Assembly: GCA_035544675.1 (NCBI GenBank)
Contig: DATKCA010000026.1
Coordinates: forward strand, 11,671-75,670
Direction: 5' to 3'
Length of the DNA stretch: 64,000 bases
From: Thermoanaerobaculia bacterium
GTDB lineage: Bacteria; Acidobacteriota; Thermoanaerobaculia; Gp7-AA8
The notes below the pieces were generated by a model. It saw only the letters and a list, made by a program, of their open reading frames with translations, ran no database searches and was not told the origin of the DNA. Each line of letters starts with the position of its first letter. Within the stretch, counting starts at the first letter, position 1. The position numbers and the translations under genes were made by a program. This document shows positions 35,222-43,342 of the stretch, in pieces.

Positions 35222-35634
35222 AGCGACTTCACCAGCTCATCGATCAGGTCACGGAGCTCGTCCCGCGTCTCGATGAAGCGGTCGTAGCGAGTGGCCGGGT
35301 CACCCGGCCCGAACGATGGATCCTCGATCGGCCAGTGCAGCATGCGCCTGGCACCCGTCCACACTGGACAGTCCTGCGCGGCGGAGTCGCAGACGGTGAC
35401 GACGACGTCGAACGACTCACTGATGAACTGGTCCGCGGACTTCGACGTTGCCTCACTCATATCCACACCGAGGTCGTTCATGGCGCGGATGGCCAGAGGG
35501 TGCACCCAGCCGGCGGGACGCGATCCCGCCGAGACGACATCCAGCTTGTCGCCGTGAAACGCACGCGCCAGGGCCTCGGCCATCTGGCTGCGCGCGGCGT
35601 TGCCCGTACAGAGGAAGAGGAGACGTTTCTTCAT
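35218..35634 (-). CDS. arsC: arsenate reductase (thioredoxin-coupled, LMW-PTP fold)
   Basis: P-loop LCTGNAARS plus the Cys pair in VCDSAAQDCP. Confidence 0.8.
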   Translation of the reverse strand: MKKRLLFLCTGNAARSQMAEALARAFHGDKLDVVSAGSRPAGWVHPLAIRAMNDLGVDMSEATSKSADQFISESFDVVVTVCDSAAQDCPVWTGARRMLHWPIEDPSFGPGDPATRYDRFIETRDELRDLIDELVKSL

Positions 35635-35641
35635 TCTGTGT

Positions 35642-36247
35642 TCATGGAGACAACCGCTCGATGGTCCAGTCTTTCGGCTCGCGCAAGCGGTAGGCGAAAC
35701 GGTCGTGCAGCCGGTCTTCTCTCCCCTGCCAGAACTCGACCCAGGTCGGAATCACGCGATAGCCGCCCCAGTGCGGGGGGCGCGGAACCTGGCGGCCGCG
35801 ATAGTTCGCCTCCAGCTCGTGGAAGCGCGCGTCGAGATCGCCGCGGCCCATCAGCACCTTGCTCTGCTCGGAGGCCCATGCGCCGATCTGGCTTCCGCGG
35901 GGCCTGGTCTCGAAGTACGCGTCCGACTCTTCCTCGTTCACCTTCACGGCCACGCCTTCCACGCGCACCTGCCGGTCCAGAGACGGCCAGTAGAAACAGA
36001 TGGAGACGCGGGGGTTGAAGTGGATCTGTTCCGCCTTGCGGCTGTTGTAGTTGGTGTAGAAGACGAAGCCGTTGTGGTCGAACGACTTGAGGAGCGAGAC
36101 GCGCGCCGATACGACGCCGTCCTCCCCGACGGTGGCCAGCGTCATCGCCTCGGGGAGCTGAGGCTGGGCCTGCCTGGCCTCTTCGAACCAGCGCCCGAAC
36201 TGGACGAACGGGCTGACGTCGAGGTCGGCTTCCTTGAGCTCGATCAT
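35642..36247 (-). CDS. pdxH: pyridoxamine 5'-phosphate oxidase
   Basis: Contains FVFYTNYNSRKA, RVEG, SQIGAWAS, WGGYRV and a C-terminal ERLSP. Confidence 0.92.
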   Translation of the reverse strand: MIELKEADLDVSPFVQFGRWFEEARQAQPQLPEAMTLATVGEDGVVSARVSLLKSFDHNGFVFYTNYNSRKAEQIHFNPRVSICFYWPSLDRQVRVEGVAVKVNEEESDAYFETRPRGSQIGAWASEQSKVLMGRGDLDARFHELEANYRGRQVPRPPHWGGYRVIPTWVEFWQGREDRLHDRFAYRLREPKDWTIERLSP

Positions 36248-36798
36248 GCGTACAACCTCTCGATCTTTCGGAGCACCCGCGCCGACCCGGCCTCGTTCAT
36301 CATCTCGGCGGCCCGCCTCAGATCGACCCAGGCCAGATCCGACGACTCTTCGGGATCGATATGCATCGACTCCGGCTCCAGCGTCCGTGCGACATACCGC
36401 ACATCGAAGTGACGGTGAGGGGGCTCGCCCCGTCCGGCCGGAATGGGATGGACATCGAGATCGATGAATCGCGTCGCCAGGAGCGTGAGATCCGGCAGCC
36501 CCGACTCCTCCGCACCTTCGCGAAGGGCCGCCTGCAGCACGGTCTCGCCGTCGTCGACATGGCCGCCCATCTGGAGCCAGCGCCCCAGGCGTTTATGGTG
36601 GTGGAGGAGGAGGTGGCTCCCTCTCCCGTCGATGATGAAACAGCTGGCCGTGACGTGGCCGGGCTCGAATTCGCCGCGGGAGAACGGCTCCCCCTGACCC
36701 GCCACGAGCGCCACCAGACTCTCCCGGTGACGCGACTCTGTCACGTCCGCGGGGACGTAGCTCCGGAGCTGGTCGAGAAGCTCTCTCTTGCGATCCAT
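36244..36798 (-). CDS. NUDIX hydrolase
   Basis: Nudix box GGHVDDGETVLQAALREGAEESGL. I trimmed ORF 36244..37284 to ATG 36798. Confidence 0.85.
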   Translation of the reverse strand: MDRKRELLDQLRSYVPADVTESRHRESLVALVAGQGEPFSRGEFEPGHVTASCFIIDGRGSHLLLHHHKRLGRWLQMGGHVDDGETVLQAALREGAEESGLPDLTLLATRFIDLDVHPIPAGRGEPPHRHFDVRYVARTLEPESMHIDPEESSDLAWVDLRRAAEMMNEAGSARVLRKIERLYA

Positions 36799-37238
36799 CA
36801 GTGCGAGGGAAACCAATGATAGAGGAAGAAGTAGACCAGGACGCCGGTCACCGAGACGTACATCCAGAGCGGGAACGTCCAGCGCGCGACGCGCCGGTGC
36901 TGCGGGACGCGCATCTTCAGACCGTTGCGGACCGAGAGGATGGCCAGCGGCACGATGACGACGGCAAGGATCGTGTGCGAGATCAGGATCGCGAAGTAGA
37001 GCTGCCGCATCGCCCCTGTGCCCGGGAAGCGCGTGACCACGCCGCCGCGGAGCGTGTGATACGTGATGTACGAGGCCAGGAACACCAGCGAGGTCACGCA
37101 CGCCGCGATCATCAGCCGCTTGTGCGCGGCGATGCGGCCGCGCTTCATCTGCACGAAGCCGCTCAAGAGGAACACGCCGCTGAGCGCGTTCAGGGAGGCG
37201 TTGACGGCAGGGAACAGCATGATCAGTTCCGGGCTCAC
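36798..37238 (-). CDS. DUF420 membrane protein (family usually linked to cytochrome-oxidase loci)
   Basis: Contains FPAVNASLNALSGVFLLSGFVQMKRGRIAAHKRLM and four TMs. GTG 37238 overlaps the SCO stop as GTGA. Confidence 0.8.
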   Translation of the reverse strand: MSPELIMLFPAVNASLNALSGVFLLSGFVQMKRGRIAAHKRLMIAACVTSLVFLASYITYHTLRGGVVTRFPGTGAMRQLYFAILISHTILAVVIVPLAILSVRNGLKMRVPQHRRVARWTFPLWMYVSVTGVLVYFFLYHWFPSH

Positions 37239-37798
37239 TCGCGGAGAAGGTCCTCGATCGTGCCGGACAGACGCTCGGCGGCATCGCCGTCCGTTCCCCC
37301 GTAGTACTGCCGGATCATCCCGCTGCGATCGGCCACGGCGAACTTCGAGCTGTGCAGCAGGGCCTCGCCGCCCGGCGCGGGATCGCCGGCCGCGAGCTTG
37401 AAGCCCTCCACGGACAGCTTCACGATCTCATCACGGTCGCCGGTCAGGAACAACCACCGGTCGTCGTTCCTCACCCGCTTCGCGTATTCGGCGAGCACGG
37501 CCGGTGTGTCGCGGGCCGGGTCGACGCTGATGGAGACGAACCTCACCGGCGCGTCCCTGTCGATCTTCTGCGTCAGCGCGCGCATGTTCGCGGTCATCAT
37601 CGGGCACGTGCCGGAGCAGTTCGTGAAGATGAAGTCGTAGACGGTGACGTAGCCCTTCATGGAGTCGAGATTCACGGCCCGGCCGTTTTCGTCGACGAGG
37701 CTCGCCCCCGGCACCGGGAACAGCTTCGGGAGATCCGGCCGGCCGTGGCAACCGAGGAGAAGGAGAGCTGTGAGAAAAAGGAGACCACTTCGAGACAT
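37235..37798 (-). CDS. SCO1/SenC-family copper chaperone lipoprotein
   Basis: Lipobox LLLLGC, with the thioredoxin-fold CSGTCP (CxxxC) and a downstream His. Confidence 0.88.
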   Translation of the reverse strand: MSRSGLLFLTALLLLGCHGRPDLPKLFPVPGASLVDENGRAVNLDSMKGYVTVYDFIFTNCSGTCPMMTANMRALTQKIDRDAPVRFVSISVDPARDTPAVLAEYAKRVRNDDRWLFLTGDRDEIVKLSVEGFKLAAGDPAPGGEALLHSSKFAVADRSGMIRQYYGGTDGDAAERLSGTIEDLLRE

Positions 37799-37842
37799 TG
37801 GGGCGGAGTCTATCGCACGGACGCCGCGCGAATTCCGGCGAT

Positions 37843-38397
37843 TCACAGCCTTTTTCCTGCCGCCGACGCCTCGATGAGCCTGCGCAGGCGGCGCGCGCGC
37901 GTCTCGGCCTGCTTCGCGCTGATGACAAAGTGCGCCATGAGCCTGCGGTAGCCGGGTGGCTGTGCGTCGAAGAACTTCCAGGCCTGACGATGCGCTCTGA
38001 ACTGACTCTCCAGCTCCGGCGGCAGCGTGGCGTTTTTCCGCTCGAACGAGTAGATCCCGGATTTCTTCTCGTCGCGCTTCTCGAAAGCCTCGAGACCGGC
38101 CTTCTCCATCCGTCCCATCCGAATCAGCTCTTTGGCCCGGGCGATGTTCACGTTGCTCCAGACGCTCGTGCTCTTGCGGGGCGTGAACCGGATCATGTAG
38201 CTGTCCTGGTCGACCGACTTGCGGATGCCGTCGATCCAGCCGAAGCAGAGCGCCTCGTCGATCGATTCCGGCCAGGTGATGCTCGGCCGTCCGGAGCCCT
38301 TCTTGTGCAGTCCGACCCACAGCTCTTTCTCCGAGCGGTGATGCTTCTCGAGCCAGCGGCGGAAGTCAGCGGGCCTGGCGAAGAAGGTCGGCGGCAT
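37843..38397 (-). CDS. YdeI/OmpD-associated family protein
   Basis: Contains FRRWLEKHH...ELWVGLHKK...IDEALCFGWIDGIRKS...FTPRKSTSVWS. Confidence 0.8.
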   Translation of the reverse strand: MPPTFFARPADFRRWLEKHHRSEKELWVGLHKKGSGRPSITWPESIDEALCFGWIDGIRKSVDQDSYMIRFTPRKSTSVWSNVNIARAKELIRMGRMEKAGLEAFEKRDEKKSGIYSFERKNATLPPELESQFRAHRQAWKFFDAQPPGYRRLMAHFVISAKQAETRARRLRRLIEASAAGKRL

Positions 38398-38896
38398 GAT
38401 CGAGCTTCAGAACCGTATTCCAGTTGCGGGCAGTCCCGCGTGTGCCGAGCCTCTTCTCGATGAGCGCGAGCGTCAGCCTGGACCTGCCCATGCCGTCCGG
38501 ATACGAGATGTACGCGTGACGGCCCGCGACATCGACGATCTCCGAACCGGGCCAATCGATCCTTCTGCACCCCGGCTCCGTCTTCATGAACACCACCAGC
38601 AGACGTGATGGATCGTTCTTCGCTGCGGCAGTCAGCGGATTGTGGGCGATGACATTCTTCAACTCATCGGCGGTCCGGAGGATGTAGTCGCACTCCACGC
38701 CGAGACAGCTCTTCGTTTCCTTCTCCAGGACAGCCTCCGAAGCTTTCGTGGCGTTGAAGACGGCGTTGCCGCTCTGGAGGAGCGTCGTGGCATCGCGAAA
38801 TCCGAGAGTGCCGAGCATCTGCCGCAGCTCGGCCATGGCCACTTTCTTGTGACCGCCGACGTTGATTCCGCGGAGAAGTACGATGAAGGTGGTCAC
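38366..38896 (-). CDS. DUF1697 protein
   Basis: Begins TTFIVLLRGINVGGHKKVAMAELR. GTG 38896 has GGAG about 10 nt upstream. I trimmed ORF 38366..39043, which otherwise runs into a repeat. Confidence 0.8.
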   Translation of the reverse strand: MTTFIVLLRGINVGGHKKVAMAELRQMLGTLGFRDATTLLQSGNAVFNATKASEAVLEKETKSCLGVECDYILRTADELKNVIAHNPLTAAAKNDPSRLLVVFMKTEPGCRRIDWPGSEIVDVAGRHAYISYPDGMGRSRLTLALIEKRLGTRGTARNWNTVLKLDHAADLLRQAR

Positions 38897-38940
38897 GCTC
38901 TTCGTGCTCCCAGAGCCGCAACCGACGTCGCTTGAATGGA

Positions 38941-39048
38941 TTCTGTGGAGGACAGACAATCCTGTCTGTCCTCGGCTGGACAGGCAGGATTGCCTGTCCT
39001 CCACTTCAGGTCCGGGGCGCGGGTGAGGACACCCGCGCTCCATTCCGT
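38941..39048. repeat. 108-nt composite repeat, copy B (inverted relative to copy A)
   Basis: See copy A at 32465-32573. It lies between the DUF1697 start and the ctaB stop. Confidence 0.9.
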
Positions 39049-39089
39049 GATGAACAGCCGCATCAGAATCTCTTCATCAGAGCGAAGAC

Positions 39090-39986
39090 TCAGCCGCGCA
39101 CGAGCGTGACCAGCAGCGCCATCATGACCAGCAGGTAGATGTTCGAGGTCATGAACAGCGTGCGCGCGCGACGGGGACTGCGGTCCGCGGCGAAGCGGAT
39201 CGCGGTGAGCAGCAGCGCGGTCGATAGCAGCGCGGCGACGATCGCGTACGCCAGCCCGGCCATCGCGAAGAACGCCGGCGCAACCGAGACCGGGATGAGG
39301 GCGATGCTGTAGAGGATGGCCTCACGACCGACGGCCCGGCCATCGGTGTTGCGCACCGAAAGCATGGCGAAGCCGGCGCGCCCGTAGTCCTGGCGATAGA
39401 TCCAGCTGATGGCCATGAAATGCGGGAGCTGCCAGAGGAAGACGATGGCGAAGAGGATCCAGCCGGCCAGGCCGAGGTTTCCGTTCGCGGCGGCGTAGCC
39501 CATGAGCGGCGGCACCGCTCCGGGGATCGCGCCGATGAGCGTGCAGAGGGTCGAGTGCCGCTTCAGCGGCGTGTAGACGAAGATGTAGCTGGTGAGCGTG
39601 AACGCGCCGAGGAGTGCGGTTGCCACGTTGACCGCCGCGGCGAGGTAGACCGTACCGATGATGGCGATGGCCGTGGCGAAAAGCAGCGCCGCGCGCGGCG
39701 TGATGCGGCCGTCGGGCAGCGGGCGGCGCGCCGTGCGCTCCATCCTCGCGTCGAGGTGCCGCTCCGTGTACTGGTTCAGCGCGTTCGTGCCCGCTGCGAC
39801 CAGTGCCGTGCCGATGAGAGTGTTCAGCAGAACGAGGCCGGAAAAGTCCGCCGCGCCGACGACATAGCCCGCCGCCGTCGTCATCAGCACCATGAGCACG
39901 ATGCGCGACTTGGATAGCTCGAGGTAGTCGGCCACGACACCCGGCCGCCGCGGAAGCGTCAAAGCGCTCTCTGTGATTGCGCTCAT
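39090..39986 (-). CDS. ctaB: protohaem IX farnesyltransferase (haem O synthase)
   Basis: UbiA-type NALNQYTERHLDARMERT motif and nine TMs. ATG 39986 overlaps the ctaA stop as ATGA. Confidence 0.9.
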   Translation of the reverse strand: MSAITESALTLPRRPGVVADYLELSKSRIVLMVLMTTAAGYVVGAADFSGLVLLNTLIGTALVAAGTNALNQYTERHLDARMERTARRPLPDGRITPRAALLFATAIAIIGTVYLAAAVNVATALLGAFTLTSYIFVYTPLKRHSTLCTLIGAIPGAVPPLMGYAAANGNLGLAGWILFAIVFLWQLPHFMAISWIYRQDYGRAGFAMLSVRNTDGRAVGREAILYSIALIPVSVAPAFFAMAGLAYAIVAALLSTALLLTAIRFAADRSPRRARTLFMTSNIYLLVMMALLVTLVRG

Positions 39987-40897
39987 GCCGTGGCCTCGCG
40001 CAACACCGGGATGGGAATGGCCGTGGCGCGCGCCTTCAGCATCAGGATCAGAGACAGGGCCAGGGTGGCCGCGCCGGTCACCACGTGCAGGCTGGTGATG
40101 TGCGGCTGCTTGCCGCTCCACACGGTCGACGCGCCGAGGAGAATCTGCACGATGACCAGCAGTGCGAGCAGCCAGCTGCGCGTCCGCGCGATCACGATCG
40201 CGGCCGCGACCGCGACCACCACCGCGCCCAGCCTGTGCGCGTAGTTGACCGCGATGGCCGTCGATACGAATTCAGGAACGAGTCGTCCAAACGACAGCGG
40301 AAAGTCGGGGATGGCCAGGCCCGCGCCGAGATGGCGCATGACCGCGCCGGCCAGAATCTGCAGGTAGACGAGCACAAACAACGCCGTCGTAGACCCTACC
40401 GCCGTGTTCCCGGTCCGCTCCAGCCCGGAATGGAACCGCGATGTGAAGAACGCGATGGACACCGTCAGGCAGAAGAAGATCTCAGCGAGACCGGCGTGCG
40501 CGATCGAGATCGCCGGCGGCAGCAGCAACAGGACCGTCAGCCCGCCGAGGAGTCCCTGCACGATGACCGCGGCGAGCGCGATCCATCCGAGAACGCGGAC
40601 GTAGCGCCTGGGCTCCCGGCGCTGCAGCCAGACGGCCTGAATGATCGTCAGCAGTCCGACCGTCGATGCGATCAGGCGATGGCCGTGTTCGTAAAAAATG
40701 CCGCCGACCATCTTGCTGAGCGGAAACTTGAACATGAACTCGCCGTACGTATTCGGCCAGTCGGGAACGGCCAGGCCGGAGCCGGTGGAAGTGACCATCG
40801 CTCCGGCGAAAATCAGGAACAGCGTCGAAGCCGCGACGAGCTTCGTGAATCGCCGCAGCGAGGGCGGGGTGACATCGACATGGGAGGACCTGGTCAT
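39983..40897 (-). CDS. ctaA: haem A synthase (COX15/CtaA)
   Basis: Contains GLAVPDWPNTYG, EHGHRLIAS and HRLGAVV, with eight TMs. ATG 40897 overlaps the ctaC stop as ATGA. Confidence 0.85.
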   Translation of the reverse strand: MTRSSHVDVTPPSLRRFTKLVAASTLFLIFAGAMVTSTGSGLAVPDWPNTYGEFMFKFPLSKMVGGIFYEHGHRLIASTVGLLTIIQAVWLQRREPRRYVRVLGWIALAAVIVQGLLGGLTVLLLLPPAISIAHAGLAEIFFCLTVSIAFFTSRFHSGLERTGNTAVGSTTALFVLVYLQILAGAVMRHLGAGLAIPDFPLSFGRLVPEFVSTAIAVNYAHRLGAVVVAVAAAIVIARTRSWLLALLVIVQILLGASTVWSGKQPHITSLHVVTGAATLALSLILMLKARATAIPIPVLREATA

Positions 40898-41703
40898 ACG
40901 ATTGGCTGGGCCGGCGTCGCCTCCGGAACCGGGTTCGGCTCCGCGGTGGCCGGATTTTGGGGCGTATTCTCGCTCATCCACTTCTCAAAGTCTTGTTTGC
41001 TGTGCACGAAGAGCTGGCCCTTCATCCGGTAGTGGCCCAGGCCGCAGAGCTGCGCGCAGGCGATCTCCCACGTCTCCCCCTCGCTCAACTTGACCGGCTT
41101 GAAGTGGATCGGCACTTCCATGCCCGGTGTGGCGTCCTGCGTCACGCGCATGACCGGAATCTTGAAGCTGTGAATGACGTCCTTCGACGCGATCCGGGCG
41201 ATGACGGGGCGGTTCAGTTCGAGATGAAGCTGGTTGATCGTGGCGATGTCGTCCGCCCCGTTCGGATCCTCCGGGTCGAGGCCGAGAGGATTCGTGGCCG
41301 ACACGAGCCTGGCATCGCTCCGTCCGAACCGGCCGTCGCCGCCGGGATAGTGGAAGTTCCATGCGAACTGCTCGCCGACCACACGGACTTCCAGAGGGTT
41401 CTGCGACGCGGGCGGACGCGACGTCCAGCGGTACCAGATCGGGATCGAGAATCCGATGAGCAGGACCAGCTCGACCACCGCCACGCCCGCCTCGAGATAC
41501 GTGGAGAAGTGCGACCGCACGCCGGCGTAGTTCACCCGCGGGTTCCGCTTGGCGTTGAAGCGCCAGAGGACGTAGCCGTAGTAGATGCCCCATCCCACGA
41601 AAAGGATCAGCATCAACCAGTGCACGACCGCGGAGATCGAGTCGAGCTGCGGTCCGTGCTCCGCGGCATTCACAGGCATCCACTGTCCGAGGAACTTTTC
41701 CAT
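40894..41703 (-). CDS. ctaC: cytochrome c oxidase subunit II (CuA, no fused cytochrome c domain)
   Basis: Two TMs, DVIHSF, and the CuA site CAQLCGLGHYRM. Confidence 0.92.
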   Translation of the reverse strand: MEKFLGQWMPVNAAEHGPQLDSISAVVHWLMLILFVGWGIYYGYVLWRFNAKRNPRVNYAGVRSHFSTYLEAGVAVVELVLLIGFSIPIWYRWTSRPPASQNPLEVRVVGEQFAWNFHYPGGDGRFGRSDARLVSATNPLGLDPEDPNGADDIATINQLHLELNRPVIARIASKDVIHSFKIPVMRVTQDATPGMEVPIHFKPVKLSEGETWEIACAQLCGLGHYRMKGQLFVHSKQDFEKWMSENTPQNPATAEPNPVPEATPAQPIV

Positions 41704-41706
41704 GCC

Positions 41707-41958
41707 TCACGCTCCCCCTTCGATGAGTCGTAACTGCTCGCGCCGGCGGCGCAGCTCGCGGGCCCGCCGCCAGAAACTGAAGAACAGCGCGACGAATCCG
41801 AGCTGCACGAACGCGATCACTCCCAGAAGAACCCAGATCCCGTTGTTCGCCGCCTTCTGCATCGCCGAGTTCGGGTCGCCGAAGCAGACCGGGCACGCGC
41901 TGGCGATGGCCGGGGCCAGAACGAGCAGCGCCGCGAAGACAAACGCCCGGAGCTTCAC
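41707..41958 (-). CDS. small membrane protein with a CPVC motif (83 aa), function unknown
   Basis: Sequence VKLRAFVFAALLVLAPAIASACPVCFG...WVLLGVIAFVQLGFVALFF. GTG 41958 overlaps the upstream stop as GTGA. It lies between oxidase subunit genes. Confidence 0.5.
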   Translation of the reverse strand: MKLRAFVFAALLVLAPAIASACPVCFGDPNSAMQKAANNGIWVLLGVIAFVQLGFVALFFSFWRRARELRRRREQLRLIEGGA

Positions 41959-42155
41959 GGCAGCTCCTTCAATTTCCGGAACACCTTCTTCCCGTACACC
42001 ACCAGCACTCCTGCCGTCGGGAAGAACACCAGGGCCAGGATCAGCGCCGTTGTGCTCCCTGTACCGCTGTACTGGCGCACGCCCCACAGCGCCACGAACA
42101 GCGACAGCGCCACGCAGGCGGCCACGAAGATGATGTGAAAGGCCTTGAGGGACAT
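41955..42155 (-). CDS. small two-TM membrane protein (66 aa), function unknown
   Basis: Sequence MSLKAFHIIFVAACVALSLFVALWG...ALILALVFFPTAGVLVVYG. It is tightly packed in the cox operon. Confidence 0.5.
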   Translation of the reverse strand: MSLKAFHIIFVAACVALSLFVALWGVRQYSGTGSTTALILALVFFPTAGVLVVYGKKVFRKLKELP

Positions 42156-42158
42156 GGG

Positions 42159-42671
42159 TCAGTGCGTCTTTGTCGTCTCGTGTGTCGTGTCTTCGGCGAG
42201 CGGCTGATGGATGTCCTCGCCGAACGTGTCGTAGTGATGATGCCAGGGACCCCACAGCAGCACTCCGAAGAAAAACACCGTCAAGGCCAGGACGGCATAC
42301 ACGAGCCGCCTCTCGGAAATGAGGTGCATGAAGTACGCGGCCACCAGGGAGCCCTTGACCAGCGCGATGGTCAGCGCGATGGCGATCGCCATCGCCTTCG
42401 GCACATCCAGCCGCGTCACCAGCACCGTGACCACGGTCAGGATCCCCAGCATCGCAAACACGATCAGGTACTTCCGTTTCTCCCTGGCGATCGCTTCGGG
42501 GCTGTCGTGATGGTCGTGCCCGCCCTCGTGGCCGTGGCCGTGCCCGGCCTCGTGGTGCTCCTGCGCGGGAGCCGCGGGCGGCGCGGGTGGCGCGGGCGAT
42601 GCCGCTGGCTCGGGCGGCGCGGGCGATGCCGGCGGCGGCTCGGGCGGTTTGAAAATCGTATGTTCGGCCAT
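42159..42671 (-). CDS. cytochrome c oxidase subunit IV-like protein (prokaryotic CoxD type) with a Pro/His-rich N-terminal extension
   Basis: The C-terminal three TMs, YLIVFAMLGILTVVTV...ALVKGSLVAAYFMHL, fit the caa3/aa3 subunit IV family. The N-terminus carries HHEAGHGHGHEGGHDHHD. Confidence 0.7.
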   Translation of the reverse strand: MAEHTIFKPPEPPPASPAPPEPAASPAPPAPPAAPAQEHHEAGHGHGHEGGHDHHDSPEAIAREKRKYLIVFAMLGILTVVTVLVTRLDVPKAMAIAIALTIALVKGSLVAAYFMHLISERRLVYAVLALTVFFFGVLLWGPWHHHYDTFGEDIHQPLAEDTTHETTKTH

Positions 42672-42709
42672 TCAGCCCCTCCATGAGCCGCCCCCCGGCG
42701 GCGCTCCAC

Positions 42710-43339
42710 TCAGAGCAGGTACAGCGTCGGAAACAGGAAGATCCACACCAGATCGACGAAGTGCCAGTACAGCCCTGTCACCTCGACTCGATTCGTGAAC
42801 TGCGCGCGTTTGGTCCCCCACCACTTGTCAGCGGTGAGGATCAGGTAGAGGAACACGATCATGCCGCCGAGGACATGCAGTCCATGCAGGCCGGTCATGG
42901 TGTAGTAGGTGGCGAAGAAGTTGTTGGTTTTGGGGTAGTAGGCATGGCTGAACTTCTCGGTGTACTCGACGGCCTTGATGACCATGAAGCCGAGGCCGCA
43001 CAGCAGCGTGACCCAGAGCCAGATCTTGCCCCACTTCAGGTTGCCGAGGCGCAGGTTGGCCCAGGCCAGGACGACGCTGACCGAGGAGAAGATCAGCACG
43101 AACGTGTTGACCATGGCCAGCCAGACGTTGAGGATGTCCTCCGCCTTCGGCCATGTGGGCGCACTGGTCCGAATCAGAATCAGCGCCGAGAACAACGCCC
43201 CGAACAACATCACCTCGGACGCCAGGAAGAGCCAGATCCCGAGCTTCGCGTTGTAGAGACCCGTGTCCGGCCGTGAATGGACGGTGTAGGGAATCTCGAT
43301 CTCGTGGTGTGCAGCTGCCGCGTGCGCGTGGGAGTCCAT
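42710..43339 (-). CDS. ctaE: cytochrome c oxidase subunit III
   Basis: Contains [26 protein letters not shown] and [13 protein letters not shown]. Confidence 0.92.
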   Translation of the reverse strand: MDSHAHAAAAHHEIEIPYTVHSRPDTGLYNAKLGIWLFLASEVMLFGALFSALILIRTSAPTWPKAEDILNVWLAMVNTFVLIFSSVSVVLAWANLRLGNLKWGKIWLWVTLLCGLGFMVIKAVEYTEKFSHAYYPKTNNFFATYYTMTGLHGLHVLGGMIVFLYLILTADKWWGTKRAQFTNRVEVTGLYWHFVDLVWIFLFPTLYLL

Positions 43340-43342
43340 CGG

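Noticed and set aside
32465-39048. Composite transposon or genomic island bounded by the inverted 108-nt repeats.
   Set aside because: No transposase, integrase or tRNA target is present and I saw no flanking direct duplication. The contents are housekeeping and cox-assembly genes co-oriented with the adjacent cox cluster. I kept it only as a possible inversion substrate.
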